Source: an uncultured SAR86 cluster bacterium (GTDB lineage: Bacteria > Pseudomonadota > Gammaproteobacteria > Magnimaribacterales > AG-339-G14). From it: 64,000 nucleotides of DNA. Positions 51,306-62,376 of the stretch are shown here, in pieces (positions within the stretch are counted from its first letter, which is position 1; each line of letters opens with the position of its first letter). Where the stretch lies: contig CACEOL010000003.1 of the NCBI GenBank assembly GCA_902561325.1, positions 15,805 to 79,804 on the forward strand, in the 5' to 3' direction. The notes beneath the pieces are model-generated. The model was not told the origin of the DNA. It saw only the letters and a program-made list of their open reading frames with translations, and did no database searches. Both the position numbers and the translations under genes were made by a program.

Positions 51306-52359
51306 AAGAGGCTATTCTATCTCCCATTTCAGATGTTGAAATTACTTTTGAATCTTTTTGTGCAATATCTTCAGTAGCATAACCTTCTGAAAGGACTTTC
51401 CTTACTGCATCATTAATTTTGTTAAAAATAGTCGGTTCGTTAAATGAGTATTTCATAAGCATTCCAACAGATAAGATCGTAGCAATAGGATTAACAACGC
51501 CTTTTCCAGCAATATCTGGTGCCGAGCCATGTACAGGTTCATAAAGGCCCTTCAAACTTTCGTTTAGCGATGCAGAAGGCAACATTCCTATTGAGCCAGT
51601 TAGCATCGCTGAAATATCAGACAAAATATCTCCGAAAAGATTTGAAGATAAAATAACGTCGAATTGCTTTGGCTCTCTAACTAGTTGCATTGCTGCATTA
51701 TCCACTAACATATGCTCGACTTTTACATCCGGATAATCAGATGATTTTTTATCAACTATTTCTCTCCATAATTGGGAAACCTCTAAAACATTTGCTTTAT
51801 CTACAGAACAAAGTCTTTTATCTCTTTCCAATGCGCTCTTAAATGCAACATCAACAATACGTTCAATTTCCTCAGCTTTGTAAGACATAGTGTTAAAGGC
51901 GTAATCGTTATCCTTCTTTCTTGGTTCACCAAAATAAATACCGCTCGTTAGCTCTCTAACAATTAAAATGTCTAACTCGTTTATTTTTGATTCTTTAAGA
52001 GAAGAAGAATGAATTAATTCTTTGAAAGTTATAGCGGGCCTTAAATTAGCAAAAAAATTTAATTTTGATCTTAATTCTAGTAATCCTTTTTCTGGTCTTT
52101 CAGAAGGAGACAAAGAATCCCATTTTTTTCCTCCAACTGCGCCGAGGAGTATTGAATCTGCATTTCTTGCCTTATCCAAAACTTTTGAAGATAGAGGAGT
52201 TTTAAATTTATCTATTGAAGCCCCTCCAATTAAATCAATATCTATATCAAGCTCAAATGAAAGACTAGACAAAGAATCAATAACTTTTCTAGCCTCATTA
52301 CAAACTTCAGGACCAACTCCATCTCCCGGTAAAATTAATAATTTTTTTTGAGATTTCAC
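51298..52359 (-). CDS. leuB: 3-isopropylmalate dehydrogenase
   Basis: 353 aa. NLFGDILSD motif, LPGDGVGPEV N-terminus. Confidence 0.95.
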   Translation of the reverse strand: MKSQKKLLILPGDGVGPEVCNEARKVIDSLSSLSFELDIDIDLIGGASIDKFKTPLSSKVLDKARNADSILLGAVGGKKWDSLSPSERPEKGLLELRSKLNFFANLRPAITFKELIHSSSLKESKINELDILIVRELTSGIYFGEPRKKDNDYAFNTMSYKAEEIERIVDVAFKSALERDKRLCSVDKANVLEVSQLWREIVDKKSSDYPDVKVEHMLVDNAAMQLVREPKQFDVILSSNLFGDILSDISAMLTGSIGMLPSASLNESLKGLYEPVHGSAPDIAGKGVVNPIATILSVGMLMKYSFNEPTIFNKINDAVRKVLSEGYATEDIAQKDSKVISTSEMGDRIASYV

Positions 52360-52994
52360 TTAAATAACCAAGGATTTTTTAATTGATAATTTTTTTCAAA
52401 GGACTTGATTTGGTCGGTAAATTTGAGTGATGCTCCTATTTCATCCAAGCCTTCCAAAAGACATTTTTTCTTATAATCATCTAGTTCAAATTTAAACTCA
52501 GAATCGCCGTAATAAAGCACTTGGTTTATTAAATCTATTTCTATGCTTTGCGCTGAATTTTCATTGAAGTTCTCGAAAATTTTAGATACTTCACTTTTTT
52601 TTAAACTTAAAGCCAAGAGACCATTTTTAAAGCAATTATTGTAAAAAATATCAGCAAATGATTCTGCGATGACTGTTTTAATACCAAAATCTTTTAGTGC
52701 CCAAACAGCATGTTCTCTACTTGAACCGCAACCAAAGTTTTCTCTTGAAACTAAAATATTAGAATTAATGAATAGCTTGTTATTGAAAATAAAGTCTTTA
52801 TTTACCATCCTAGAAGAACTTTCTTGATCAATGGTTCCTTCATCTAAATATCTCCAGCCGTCAAATAAATTATCACCGAAACCTGTTTTTTTTATTGATT
52901 TTAAAAACTGTTTTGGAATGATTTGATCAGTATCTATGTTTGATTTATCCAAACAAATAAAAGTTCCAGAGAATTCATTTGAAATTTGTTTCAC
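52356..52994 (-). CDS. leuD: 3-isopropylmalate dehydratase small subunit
   Basis: 212 aa with GCGSSREHA. Confidence 0.93.
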   Translation of the reverse strand: MKQISNEFSGTFICLDKSNIDTDQIIPKQFLKSIKKTGFGDNLFDGWRYLDEGTIDQESSSRMVNKDFIFNNKLFINSNILVSRENFGCGSSREHAVWALKDFGIKTVIAESFADIFYNNCFKNGLLALSLKKSEVSKIFENFNENSAQSIEIDLINQVLYYGDSEFKFELDDYKKKCLLEGLDEIGASLKFTDQIKSFEKNYQLKNPWLFK

Positions 52995-54400
52995 TAAATT
53001 TCCCTCACGTCTACAAATCTTCCTTCTATAGCTGCAGCAGCTGCCATTGCTGGACTTACAAGATGAGTTCTACCCTTGTATCCTTGTCTACCTTCAAAAT
53101 TCCTATTTGAAGTCGAAGCACACCTTTCTTCTTGATCAAGTTGATCTGGATTCATTCCCAGGCACATTGAACATCCTGCATCTCTCCAAGAAAATCCTGC
53201 ATCAATAAAAATTTCGTGGAGACCTTCTTCTTCAGCCTGTTTTTTTACAAGTCCTGATCCAGGAACAACTAAGGCTCTCTTTATGTTTTTTGCAAGCTTA
53301 TTACCTTTAAGGATTTCTGCTGCAATTCTAAGATCTTCAATCCTGGAATTTGTACATGAACCTATGAAAATCTGATCAAGAGAGATATCAGTCAACTTTG
53401 TTCCTGGTTTCAATCCCATATAATTAAGAGCATCCTCATAATTTTCTTTATTCTTAAAATCTCTTGGTTCAGGAACTTTTTCATTAATAGAAGAGACCAT
53501 TTCTGGAGAAGTTCCCCAAGTCACTTGGGGTAAGATTTGTTCCGATGTAAAACTGAATTCATTATCAAAAATAGCATCTGAATCAGATTTTAGAGAAATC
53601 CATGTTTCTAATGCTTTATCAAATTTATCTCCTGAGGGAGAGAAAGGCTTTCCTTTGATATAGTCAAAGGTAGTTTGATCAGGAGCAACCATTCCAGACC
53701 TAGCACCAGCTTCAATAGACATATTACAAAGAGTCATTCTCCCTTCCATAGATAGATTTTCAATTGTGCTGCCAGCATACTCAATATTAAATCCAGTTCC
53801 TCCAGCAGTGCCAATTTGTCCAATAATGAACATAGTTACATCTTTTGCAGACACCCTTTCAAGCAAATCTCCTTCAATATTAATTCTCATATTTTTTTGC
53901 TTGTAAGCAATCAAACATTGCGTAGCTAAAACGTGTTCAACTTCGCTTGTTCCAATACCCATAGCTAAAGCACCAAAAGCTCCATGAGTAGAAGTATGAG
54001 AATCTCCACATACTACTGTCATCCCAGGTAATGTGAGTCCTTGCTCAGGACCAATTACATGCACAATTCCCTGTCTTTCATCTCCTAAACTAAAAAAATT
54101 AAGATCATATTTTTTTACATTTTCCTCAAGGGTTAAGACCTGTAGCTTACTGGTAGAATCGCTAATGCCTTTTAAGCCTTTAGCTCTATTTTCAGTTGGA
54201 ACATTGTGGTCCGGTGTAGCTATAATTGTATCAACTCTCCATGGTTCGATTTTTCTTTCTCTCAAGCCATCGAATGCTTGTGGAGAAGTAACTTCGTGAA
54301 TCAAATGCCTATCTATGTAAATTAGAGAACTTCCATCGTCTCTTTTGGCTACATGATGCGCATCCCATAACTTATCGTATAAGGTTCTTCTTGAGGACAT
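52994..54400 (-). CDS. leuC: 3-isopropylmalate dehydratase large subunit
   Basis: 468 aa. Fe-S ligand regions [11 protein letters not shown] and CSMCLGMN. Confidence 0.96.
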   Translation of the reverse strand: MSSRRTLYDKLWDAHHVAKRDDGSSLIYIDRHLIHEVTSPQAFDGLRERKIEPWRVDTIIATPDHNVPTENRAKGLKGISDSTSKLQVLTLEENVKKYDLNFFSLGDERQGIVHVIGPEQGLTLPGMTVVCGDSHTSTHGAFGALAMGIGTSEVEHVLATQCLIAYKQKNMRINIEGDLLERVSAKDVTMFIIGQIGTAGGTGFNIEYAGSTIENLSMEGRMTLCNMSIEAGARSGMVAPDQTTFDYIKGKPFSPSGDKFDKALETWISLKSDSDAIFDNEFSFTSEQILPQVTWGTSPEMVSSINEKVPEPRDFKNKENYEDALNYMGLKPGTKLTDISLDQIFIGSCTNSRIEDLRIAAEILKGNKLAKNIKRALVVPGSGLVKKQAEEEGLHEIFIDAGFSWRDAGCSMCLGMNPDQLDQEERCASTSNRNFEGRQGYKGRTHLVSPAMAAAAAIEGRFVDVREI

Positions 54401-55497
54401 TACTTTTTAGGTTTAATTGGCTTTAACTTAGATTTTACATCAGCATTTTGTGCTCTATTTCTCAAAAAATGGTCCATGAGAGTTATTGCCACCATAGCTT
54501 CAGCAATCGGAGTAGCTCTCAAACCAACACAAGGATCATGTCTGCCTTTAGTTTGAACTTTAACCGACTTACCAGATTTATTTATTGTATTTCCAGAGGA
54601 CATGATGCTGGAAGTAGGCTTCAAAGCAATGCTCGCGAAGATATCCTGCCCAGTAGAAATTCCACCAGTTGTGCCTCCAGAATTATTAGATATAAATCCA
54701 GAAGGAGAGATTTCATCTCTATTTTCTGTTCCACGCATAGATACAACTTCAAATCCCCTTCCAATCTCAACTCCTTTTACAGCATTAATACCCATTAGCC
54801 CATGAGCTAAATCAGCATCTAGCTTATCAAAGACTGGTTCGCCTAAACCAGGAGGAACATTCGTTGCCATAACTGAAATTTTTGCACCAATCGAATCTCC
54901 AGACTTTCTCAAAGAGTCAATCATATCCTCAATCTCACGAACAATTTTTTTATCAGGACAAAAAAAGGGGTTTTTATTAATTTGATTTTTTGAAAAAGAA
55001 GAAATTTTAATATCTCCAATTTGAGATAAAAACCCATAAATTTCAATTTTTTGAGTTTTCTTGAGATATTTTTTTGCAATTGCACCAGCGGCAACTCTCA
55101 TTACCGTCTCTCGAGCAGAAGATCTTCCTCCGCCTCTATAATCTCTTATTCCATATTTTTGAAAATAACTATAATCAGCATGCGAGGGTCTAAAGACATC
55201 TTTAATATTTTTATAGTCTTTGCTTTTTTGATCTTTATTTCTTACAAGAAGTCCTATCGGAGTGCCTGTGGTCTTACCTTCAAAAATTCCTGAAAGGATT
55301 TCTATTTCATCAGGTTCTTTACGCTGAGTAGTATATTTATTTGAGCCTGGTTTTCTTAAATCTAATTCTGCTTGGATTTCTTCTCTGGTGATTGGCAAGC
55401 CAGGAGGACAGCCATCAATTATGCAGCCCAAAGCTTCGCCATGACTTTCGCCAAAAGTCGTAACAGAAAAAATTTTACCAATAGTATTTCCTGACAT
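54400..55497 (-). CDS. aroC: chorismate synthase
   Basis: 365 aa. TFGESHG N-terminal motif. Has a 1-nt overlap (TAATG) with leuC. Confidence 0.96.
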   Translation of the reverse strand: MSGNTIGKIFSVTTFGESHGEALGCIIDGCPPGLPITREEIQAELDLRKPGSNKYTTQRKEPDEIEILSGIFEGKTTGTPIGLLVRNKDQKSKDYKNIKDVFRPSHADYSYFQKYGIRDYRGGGRSSARETVMRVAAGAIAKKYLKKTQKIEIYGFLSQIGDIKISSFSKNQINKNPFFCPDKKIVREIEDMIDSLRKSGDSIGAKISVMATNVPPGLGEPVFDKLDADLAHGLMGINAVKGVEIGRGFEVVSMRGTENRDEISPSGFISNNSGGTTGGISTGQDIFASIALKPTSSIMSSGNTINKSGKSVKVQTKGRHDPCVGLRATPIAEAMVAITLMDHFLRNRAQNADVKSKLKPIKPKK

Positions 55498-55552
55498 ATC
55501 GTTTAAACTTGAAAACTAGATTATAAGCTATTAATCGTCCTTACTCGAATAG

Positions 55553-56206
55553 ATGCAAAAATTAAGATTTAGTTCAGTTTTTTGGGATTTTGGAGGAGTC
55601 ATAACTTCAAGCCCATTCGAAGCTTTTTCAAAATTTGAGATAGATAATCATCTCCCAAAAGATTTTATTCGTAAGGTTAACTCAACTAATCATAAAGCTA
55701 ATGCATGGGCTAAGCTTGAACAATCAAAAATAAGTCTGGATGAATTCGATGAGCTTTTCAGAGAAGAAAGTAAATCTCTTGGACACGAAGTTAACGGAGG
55801 CGAGGTATTAAACCTCTTACAAGGCGAAGTTAGACCAGAAATGGTAAGAGCTTTAGAAAAATTAAGGTCAAAAAATTTTAAACTTGCTTGTTTGACCAAT
55901 AACTTTAATTCTGGTGATAAAAACCAATCTGCTTTAGATGATGCTAATAAAGAAAGAATGAAAATAATGAATAATTTTGATCATATAATTGAGTCAAAAG
56001 AATTAGGCATTAGAAAACCTGACCTTGATTTTTACATAAAAGCTTTAGAAATCACTGGAGCAGATCCTAAAGAGACAATTTTTTTAGATGATTTAGGTAT
56101 AAATCTTAAACCGGCAAGAGAGCTGGGAATGGCTACTATAAAGGTCTTAGATAGCAATCAAGCTCTTAAAGAATTAACAGATTTAACAGGGATAAATCTT
56201 GAATAA
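55553..56206 (+). CDS. HAD-superfamily phosphatase (subfamily IA, epoxide-hydrolase-N-terminal-like)
   Basis: 217 aa. Motif I WDFGGV and motif III FLDDLGINL. Confidence 0.78.
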   Translation: MQKLRFSSVFWDFGGVITSSPFEAFSKFEIDNHLPKDFIRKVNSTNHKANAWAKLEQSKISLDEFDELFREESKSLGHEVNGGEVLNLLQGEVRPEMVRALEKLRSKNFKLACLTNNFNSGDKNQSALDDANKERMKIMNNFDHIIESKELGIRKPDLDFYIKALEITGADPKETIFLDDLGINLKPARELGMATIKVLDSNQALKELTDLTGINLE

Positions 56207-58307
56207 AATTCTTATTCTTCTGAGCATTACTTTTTTAGCTGGATGTCAGATGAATATTCTTGAATACGAAAATCAGATTATTTCTGATGCTCAGCAATAT
56301 AAGGCAAAAATTTCAAGGGACATTTGGGGTGTTCCCCATATTTCAGGAAAAAGAGATGCCGATGTAGCATTTGGTTTGGCATTTGCTCATGCCGAAGATG
56401 ATATTAAAAACATTGCTGAGAATATGTATTTGTATCGAGCACAAATGGGACTGAAAGATGGCTCAAGTGGAGCTGTGATTGACTATTTAATCAAGGCCCT
56501 AAAAATAAGAGAAAGAGTTGAGGAACAATATCAAGAAATCCTTTCAGATGATGTTAGATTAGTATTAGAAGCATACGCAACTGGTTTGAATTATTGGATG
56601 ATTAAAAATCCCAATAATAGTTTCAAAAAACATTTCCCTTTTACGGCAAAAGATATAGTGGCAGGTTTTGCAATTCAAAACCTTTTATTTTCTGGTGTAG
56701 TTAGTTCAATTCAAAGTTTAGAAAAATTAGAAGATTCATCAGAGCAAACTTTTTCTAATTTATTTGAAAAAGACGATTTGGTGACAGGCTCCAATGCATA
56801 TGCAATTAGCCCCAGTAAAAGTTCAGATGGATCCACTAGACTAATGATCAATTCGCATCAACCTTTAGAAGGTCCATTAGCTTGGTATGAGGCTCACATC
56901 AAAAGCGAGGAAGGTCTTAATATGATGGGAGGTCTATTTCCAGGTTCGCCTTTTGTTTTTGTTGGTTTCAATGAAAATTTAGGCTGGGGTTTTACTGTAA
57001 ATAAACCAGATCTTACGGATATCTATAAATTAGTTATTAATCCAAATGATAAAGATCAATATCTTTTAGATGATGTTTGGTTAAATCTGGAAAAAGAAAC
57101 CATCGAACTTCCTGTGAAAATATTTGGCCCAATTAATTGGACAGTGAAAAGAGAAGTTAAATATTCCAAGCACGGACCAGTCCTTGAAATAGGAGAAAAA
57201 TCTTATGCTTTAAGGTTTGCAGGTATGGAAGATATCAAACAAGTTGAACAATGGTACAAACTAAACAAAGCTAATAACCTTGAAGAATGGATAAATGCTA
57301 TGAGAATGAGATCTATCATTTCCTTTAATGGCGTTTATGCCGATAAAAAAGGGAATATCTATTTTCTTCATAATTCTTCTTCGCCAAAAAGATTGGAAGG
57401 CCTAGATTGGTCAGGAATTGTCGACGGAACTAGATCTAAATATATATGGGAAACATTTGTAGAATTCGATGAGATACCTCAAATCTTGAATCCCTCATCA
57501 GGATGGCTTGCAAGTACCAATCAGGATCCATTTAAGGTTACAGGTCCAAAAGATAACCTAAAAAAAGAAAACTACTCTCAAACTTTAGGTCTGCAAACCA
57601 GAATGACAAATAGAGCTTACAGAATTAAAGAACTTTTTATGGGAAAAGATCAAATAACTGAAAAAGATTTTGATGATTTCAAATTTGATAATTCTTATTC
57701 AATAGATTCAAGGTCATATAAGTACGTTTCAGAAATTTTTGGATTAAATTTTAAAAATGAGAATTTTAAAAAAGGTCAATTGATTCTGAAAAATTGGGAT
57801 TTAAAGACAAATTTTGATAATAAGTCTGCAACTCTTGGGGTTTGTGTCTTGAGTCCCGAATGGCTTGCAGAGCAAGCAGCAGAAGTTCCTCCAGAATCAG
57901 AAGAAAGTTTTAAAACATGTGTAAAAGAAACTTTAAAAAATTATGGAAAATTAAATCCAAAATGGTCAGAAAGAAATTTCATGTATAGAGGAAAGAAAAA
58001 AATACCTGTTCAAGGAGGTCCTGACGTTTTAAGAGCTATATATGGCCTTGAGCAAGAAGATGGTGATCTAAAAGCAGTCGGTGGAGATGGTCTTTATATT
58101 CACGTCAGTTGGGATAAAGAAGGAAATCAAAAATCAAAAAGTATTCATCAATATGGAAGCGCCACTCAAGATGAAAACTCTTCGCATTTTTCTGATCAAC
58201 TAGAGCTGTACATCGAAGAAAAGTACAAACCCACCTTCTATAAAGAAGTAGCCTTAAAAGGAAATGTAAAGAAAGAATATACAGTTCCTTTTAAGTCGTC
58301 TCTATAG
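56199..58307 (+). CDS. penicillin/acyl-homoserine-lactone acylase family (Ntn hydrolase S45) lipoprotein
   Basis: 702 aa. A TTG start is required to include the signal peptide and lipobox (LLSITFLAGC). The candidate autoprocessing site and Ser nucleophile lie in TGSNAYAI. Confidence 0.8.
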   Translation: MNKILILLSITFLAGCQMNILEYENQIISDAQQYKAKISRDIWGVPHISGKRDADVAFGLAFAHAEDDIKNIAENMYLYRAQMGLKDGSSGAVIDYLIKALKIRERVEEQYQEILSDDVRLVLEAYATGLNYWMIKNPNNSFKKHFPFTAKDIVAGFAIQNLLFSGVVSSIQSLEKLEDSSEQTFSNLFEKDDLVTGSNAYAISPSKSSDGSTRLMINSHQPLEGPLAWYEAHIKSEEGLNMMGGLFPGSPFVFVGFNENLGWGFTVNKPDLTDIYKLVINPNDKDQYLLDDVWLNLEKETIELPVKIFGPINWTVKREVKYSKHGPVLEIGEKSYALRFAGMEDIKQVEQWYKLNKANNLEEWINAMRMRSIISFNGVYADKKGNIYFLHNSSSPKRLEGLDWSGIVDGTRSKYIWETFVEFDEIPQILNPSSGWLASTNQDPFKVTGPKDNLKKENYSQTLGLQTRMTNRAYRIKELFMGKDQITEKDFDDFKFDNSYSIDSRSYKYVSEIFGLNFKNENFKKGQLILKNWDLKTNFDNKSATLGVCVLSPEWLAEQAAEVPPESEESFKTCVKETLKNYGKLNPKWSERNFMYRGKKKIPVQGGPDVLRAIYGLEQEDGDLKAVGGDGLYIHVSWDKEGNQKSKSIHQYGSATQDENSSHFSDQLELYIEEKYKPTFYKEVALKGNVKKEYTVPFKSSL

Positions 58308-58902
58308 CTTTTTTAAAAGCAGGTCTTGCTTCAATTCGTTCGACATAACCCTTTAAGTTAGGCATATCATCTGTGACACATCCCAAGTTAGATAATTTAG
58401 TACAACAGTGGCCTGTCATGAATTCGACTCCCGAGAAGTCTCCAATTAAATATTCTTTTCCTTCAAGAGCCAATTCAATGGCTTGAAGTGATTTAGAAGC
58501 AAGTCTTTGAGCTTGACCTAAAACTGTTTCGTCTCTTCTTTCAGGCGGTAACAAAATGGTATGAACCACAATTGTATTCATGGGTTGAGCAATCATGCCC
58601 TCACAAAAATGAAACCATTGAAGATAATAAGGATATTCAGGAGAATCTACGCTTGGTTTCAGTCCGCCGTTTTTATGTTTCTCGAGGACATAATCAATAA
58701 TAGCGCCCGATTCATAAATGCTCACATCTCCATCTTCAAGAACCGGAATTCTTCCAAGGGGATGTCTTTTTCTATGTTCATCTGATTTTAGTGCTTCTGG
58801 ATGAAATGGCATTGAATTAAGTTCGTAAGGTAATTCCAGTTCTTCAAGCAGCCAAAGAACTCTTTCTGCTCTTGAGGCAGGTGCAAAATGTAGTTTAAGC
58901 AT
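58291..58902 (-). CDS. glutathione S-transferase family protein
   Basis: 203 aa with a thioredoxin-like GST N-domain (GRIPVLEDGDVSIYESGAI). Confidence 0.8.
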   Translation of the reverse strand: MLKLHFAPASRAERVLWLLEELELPYELNSMPFHPEALKSDEHRKRHPLGRIPVLEDGDVSIYESGAIIDYVLEKHKNGGLKPSVDSPEYPYYLQWFHFCEGMIAQPMNTIVVHTILLPPERRDETVLGQAQRLASKSLQAIELALEGKEYLIGDFSGVEFMTGHCCTKLSNLGCVTDDMPNLKGYVERIEARPAFKKAIETT

Positions 58903-58920
58903 AATTATTCTCCCAATAAT

Positions 58921-60369
58921 TTATTCTTTAATTAAAATTTCCATAAAGTCTGTCACATTAAGACTCTCTAAATCGTTTTGATCTTCACAAATTTTCATTA
59001 TTTTTTCAACACGTTCTGTAGAAAATTGTGTTTTAAGGTTCTCTTCAAATTTTTTGATTAGGACAGGAATTCCCTCTTCCCTTCTTCTTCGATGACCAAT
59101 TGGATATTCTACTTCTACTTTTTCTGTGGAAGAACCATCTTTAAAAATTATTTGCAATTCATTCGCAATTGACCTTTTTTCGGGATCCAAATAGTCTTTG
59201 GAATAATTTTTGTTTTCCTCAACAAACATTTTATTTCTTAAAGAATCAACTCTTGGATCATTGGCGACATCGTCCTCATAATCTTCGGCGACCAAATCAC
59301 CTTTTAACAAACCAATTGCTGTCATATATTGAATACAATGATCTCTGTCTGCAGGATTATTTAATTCGCCTTCTTTACTAATGATTCTGATTGCAGACTC
59401 ATGCGTTGTAATATTTATTTTTTCTATTTCTTCTAATCTATCAATTATTTCAGGATGAAGTTTTACTGCAGCCTCAACAGCTGTTTGAGCATGAAATTCT
59501 GCAGGGAAAGATATTTTAAATAATACATTTTCCATTACGTAGCTATTAAATTCCTGTGGTACAGAAAGAGGTTTTCCTTTGAACAAAACATCCTGAAAAC
59601 CCCAAGTTGGAGCCGTTATTGCACTTGGATAACCAATTTGCCCTTTTTGAGTAATTAGAACTAGATTCATAGCTCTACTAGTTGCATCACCAGCTGCCCA
59701 GGATTTTCTTGGGCCAGCATTTGGTGCGTGCCTATATGTCCTGAGACTTTGTCCATCTACGAATGCTTGTGATAGGGCATCTAAAGCTTGTTCTTTAGTT
59801 AGACCCATCAAAAAAGAAATTACTGCGGTTGAAGCAACCTTAACTAATAAAACATGATCTAACCCAACTCTATTGAAACTATTTTCTAAAGCTAAAACTC
59901 CTTGAATTTCGTGAGCTTTTATCATGGCTGTTAGAACATCTTTAATTTTTAAAGAATCTTTCCCTGAAGCTAAATTTCTTTGAGACACATAATCAGCAGC
60001 AGATAAGATACCTCCCAAATTATCAGATGGATGTCCCCATTCAGCTGCTAACCAGGTATCGTTAAAGTCTAACCAGCGGATAATAGCTCCTATATCCCAT
60101 GCGCCTTTGACTGGATCTAGAACAAATCTAGTCCCAGGAACTCTTACTCCATTAGGCACTGATGTTCCTTCAACGTGAGGACCTAAGAGTTTTTCACAAT
60201 CTTTAAAGTTTAGTGCCAAAAGGCCACACCCTATGGTATCCATTAAGCAATATCTTGCTGTTGTGTATGCTTCTGAGCTATCTATATCTTTCTCGTAAAC
60301 AAACTCAATAATATTTTGAATGATTTTGTCAAAATCTTGACGGACGTTGGATTCAACATTTAATGACAT
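58921..60369 (-). CDS. prpD: 2-methylcitrate dehydratase
   Basis: 482-aa MmgE/PrpD-family protein directly downstream of prpB-prpC. Confidence 0.9.
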   Translation of the reverse strand: MSLNVESNVRQDFDKIIQNIIEFVYEKDIDSSEAYTTARYCLMDTIGCGLLALNFKDCEKLLGPHVEGTSVPNGVRVPGTRFVLDPVKGAWDIGAIIRWLDFNDTWLAAEWGHPSDNLGGILSAADYVSQRNLASGKDSLKIKDVLTAMIKAHEIQGVLALENSFNRVGLDHVLLVKVASTAVISFLMGLTKEQALDALSQAFVDGQSLRTYRHAPNAGPRKSWAAGDATSRAMNLVLITQKGQIGYPSAITAPTWGFQDVLFKGKPLSVPQEFNSYVMENVLFKISFPAEFHAQTAVEAAVKLHPEIIDRLEEIEKINITTHESAIRIISKEGELNNPADRDHCIQYMTAIGLLKGDLVAEDYEDDVANDPRVDSLRNKMFVEENKNYSKDYLDPEKRSIANELQIIFKDGSSTEKVEVEYPIGHRRRREEGIPVLIKKFEENLKTQFSTERVEKIMKICEDQNDLESLNVTDFMEILIKE

Positions 60370-60387
60370 TTTTATACTTGATTAGAT

Positions 60388-61509
60388 TTATCTATTTTCA
60401 ATATCAACCCATTCAGCGCTTTCAGGGCCAATGTACTCTTCGCTAGGTCTAATGATTCTATTGTCTGCTCTTTGTTCAAATACATTTGCAGACCAGCCAG
60501 TAGTTCTTCCAATGACAAAGAGTGGAGTAAAGATGCTTGTTGGAATTCCTAAGTAATGATATGCAGATGCCATAAAAAAATCGGTATTTGCAAACATGTT
60601 TTTCTCTTCATCCATGGTTTTTTCTATTTCTTCAGATACTTGGTAAAGCATTTCGTTACCATCTTGAACGCTTAACTTTTTTGCCCATTCTTTAATAACT
60701 TTGTTTCTTGGATCTTCAGTGGAATAAACTGCATGTCCAAAACCCATGATTTTTTCTTTTTTTCCTAAGAGTTCTAAAACTCCTTTTTTTGCTTCTTCTC
60801 TAGAGGAGAATTTCTCAATCATTTCCATTGCAGCCTCATTTGCACCGCCATGTAAAGGACCTCTTAATGTACCTATGCCAGCAGTAATACAAGAATGTAA
60901 GTCAGATAAAGTTGAGGCGCACGTTCTTGAAGCAAAAGTAGAGGCATTGAAACCATGCTCGGCATAAAGAATTAAAGAAGTATCTAAACATCTAATATGA
61001 TCTTCAGAAGGCTCTTTGCCAGTAAGCAAAGATAAAAATTGTCCGCCAATTGTTTCGTGGGATGTTTCTGTATCTACGCTTATCCCATCATGTGAAAATC
61101 TATACCAATAGCAAATAACTGAAGGCAATATGGCTAGAATTCTATCTGCTGCATCATTTTGGTTTGAAAAATCACCCTCTGGTTCAAGATTACCCAATAT
61201 AGAACAACCTGTTCTCATAACGTCCATCGGATGAGCAGAGGCAGGAATAAGTTCAAGTGTTTTTTTTAGCTCTTCAGGAAGTTTTCTATTTGAAATGAGC
61301 TTTTCTTGGTAGGTTTCTAATTCTGTCTTGTTAGGTAGATGGCCATATAAGAGTAGGTAAGCAACTTCTTCAAATTTAGCTTTATCAGCTAAATCTTCTA
61401 TTGCGTAACCTCTATAAGTTAATCCATGACCTTCTTTCCCAACTGTTGAAAGGGAAGTCTGTCCTGCTACTTGGCCACGTAAACCCGCACCTTCTAGTTT
61501 CTTTGCCAT
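60388..61509 (-). CDS. prpC: 2-methylcitrate synthase
   Basis: 373-aa citrate-synthase-family protein (GFGHAVY) between prpB and prpD. Confidence 0.9.
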   Translation of the reverse strand: MAKKLEGAGLRGQVAGQTSLSTVGKEGHGLTYRGYAIEDLADKAKFEEVAYLLLYGHLPNKTELETYQEKLISNRKLPEELKKTLELIPASAHPMDVMRTGCSILGNLEPEGDFSNQNDAADRILAILPSVICYWYRFSHDGISVDTETSHETIGGQFLSLLTGKEPSEDHIRCLDTSLILYAEHGFNASTFASRTCASTLSDLHSCITAGIGTLRGPLHGGANEAAMEMIEKFSSREEAKKGVLELLGKKEKIMGFGHAVYSTEDPRNKVIKEWAKKLSVQDGNEMLYQVSEEIEKTMDEEKNMFANTDFFMASAYHYLGIPTSIFTPLFVIGRTTGWSANVFEQRADNRIIRPSEEYIGPESAEWVDIENR

Positions 61510-61512
61510 GAA

Positions 61513-62376
61513 TTATTCCTTAGAAAATAAATCGTCTATTTTTTTTTCGTACGTATGATAGTCGAGAATCTCATATAATTCATCTCGAGATTGCATTTTT
61601 TCGAGTATTTTTTCTACGTTGCCATCGTCGGAAATAGTTGAATAGACTTCTAGGGCAGCTTTAGACATTGCTCTAAAAGCACTCAAAGGATGAAGAATAA
61701 TACTTATACCTGCTTTTTTTAGCTCATCCTTTTTAAATAAAGGAGTCATTCCAAATTCTGTAATGTTAGCTAGAATCGGAACAGAAACTGTATCTGATAA
61801 AGTTTTGTAATCCTCAAGCGAAGTTATTGCTTCGGGAAAAAGTGCATTAGCGCCTGCCTCAACATATCTTTGGGCTCTTTCAACAGTGCCATTTATGCCT
61901 TCATTTGCAAATGAATCCGTTCTTGCCATTAGCATAAATTCATCGTCAGAAATTGCATCTCTAGCAGCTTTCATTCTGTCGCACATTTCCTCGATTGAAA
62001 CAATTTCTTTATTAGGTCTATGCCCACATCTTTTTTCTGATACTTGATCTTCAATATGAATTCCAGATGCGCCGGCAGAAATCATCTCTTTTGTGGTTTT
62101 GGAAATATTTAACGCTGAACCCCACCCTGTGTCGCAATCCACCAAAATTGGAAGATTGCTTATTCCTCTGATTCTTCTTAAGTCTTCTAAAACATTATCT
62201 AAAGATGTAAGGGCTAAATCTGGAAGGCCAAACGAGGCGTTTGCCACTCCAGCACCAGATATATATAAAGCTTTTATGCCGGTTTTTTTAGCAAGTAAAG
62301 CTGAATATGGATTAATAGCGCCCGCAACCGAAAGTGGTTTCTCATTTTTTAAAACTTCAAAAAAAGAGTTGCTCAC
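61513..62376 (-). CDS. prpB: methylisocitrate lyase
   Basis: 287 aa. GTG start overlapping the thrH stop (GTGA). Has the isocitrate-lyase-family KRCGH motif, and the N-terminus is collinear with E. coli PrpB. Confidence 0.92.
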   Translation of the reverse strand: MSNSFFEVLKNEKPLSVAGAINPYSALLAKKTGIKALYISGAGVANASFGLPDLALTSLDNVLEDLRRIRGISNLPILVDCDTGWGSALNISKTTKEMISAGASGIHIEDQVSEKRCGHRPNKEIVSIEEMCDRMKAARDAISDDEFMLMARTDSFANEGINGTVERAQRYVEAGANALFPEAITSLEDYKTLSDTVSVPILANITEFGMTPLFKKDELKKAGISIILHPLSAFRAMSKAALEVYSTISDDGNVEKILEKMQSRDELYEILDYHTYEKKIDDLFSKE

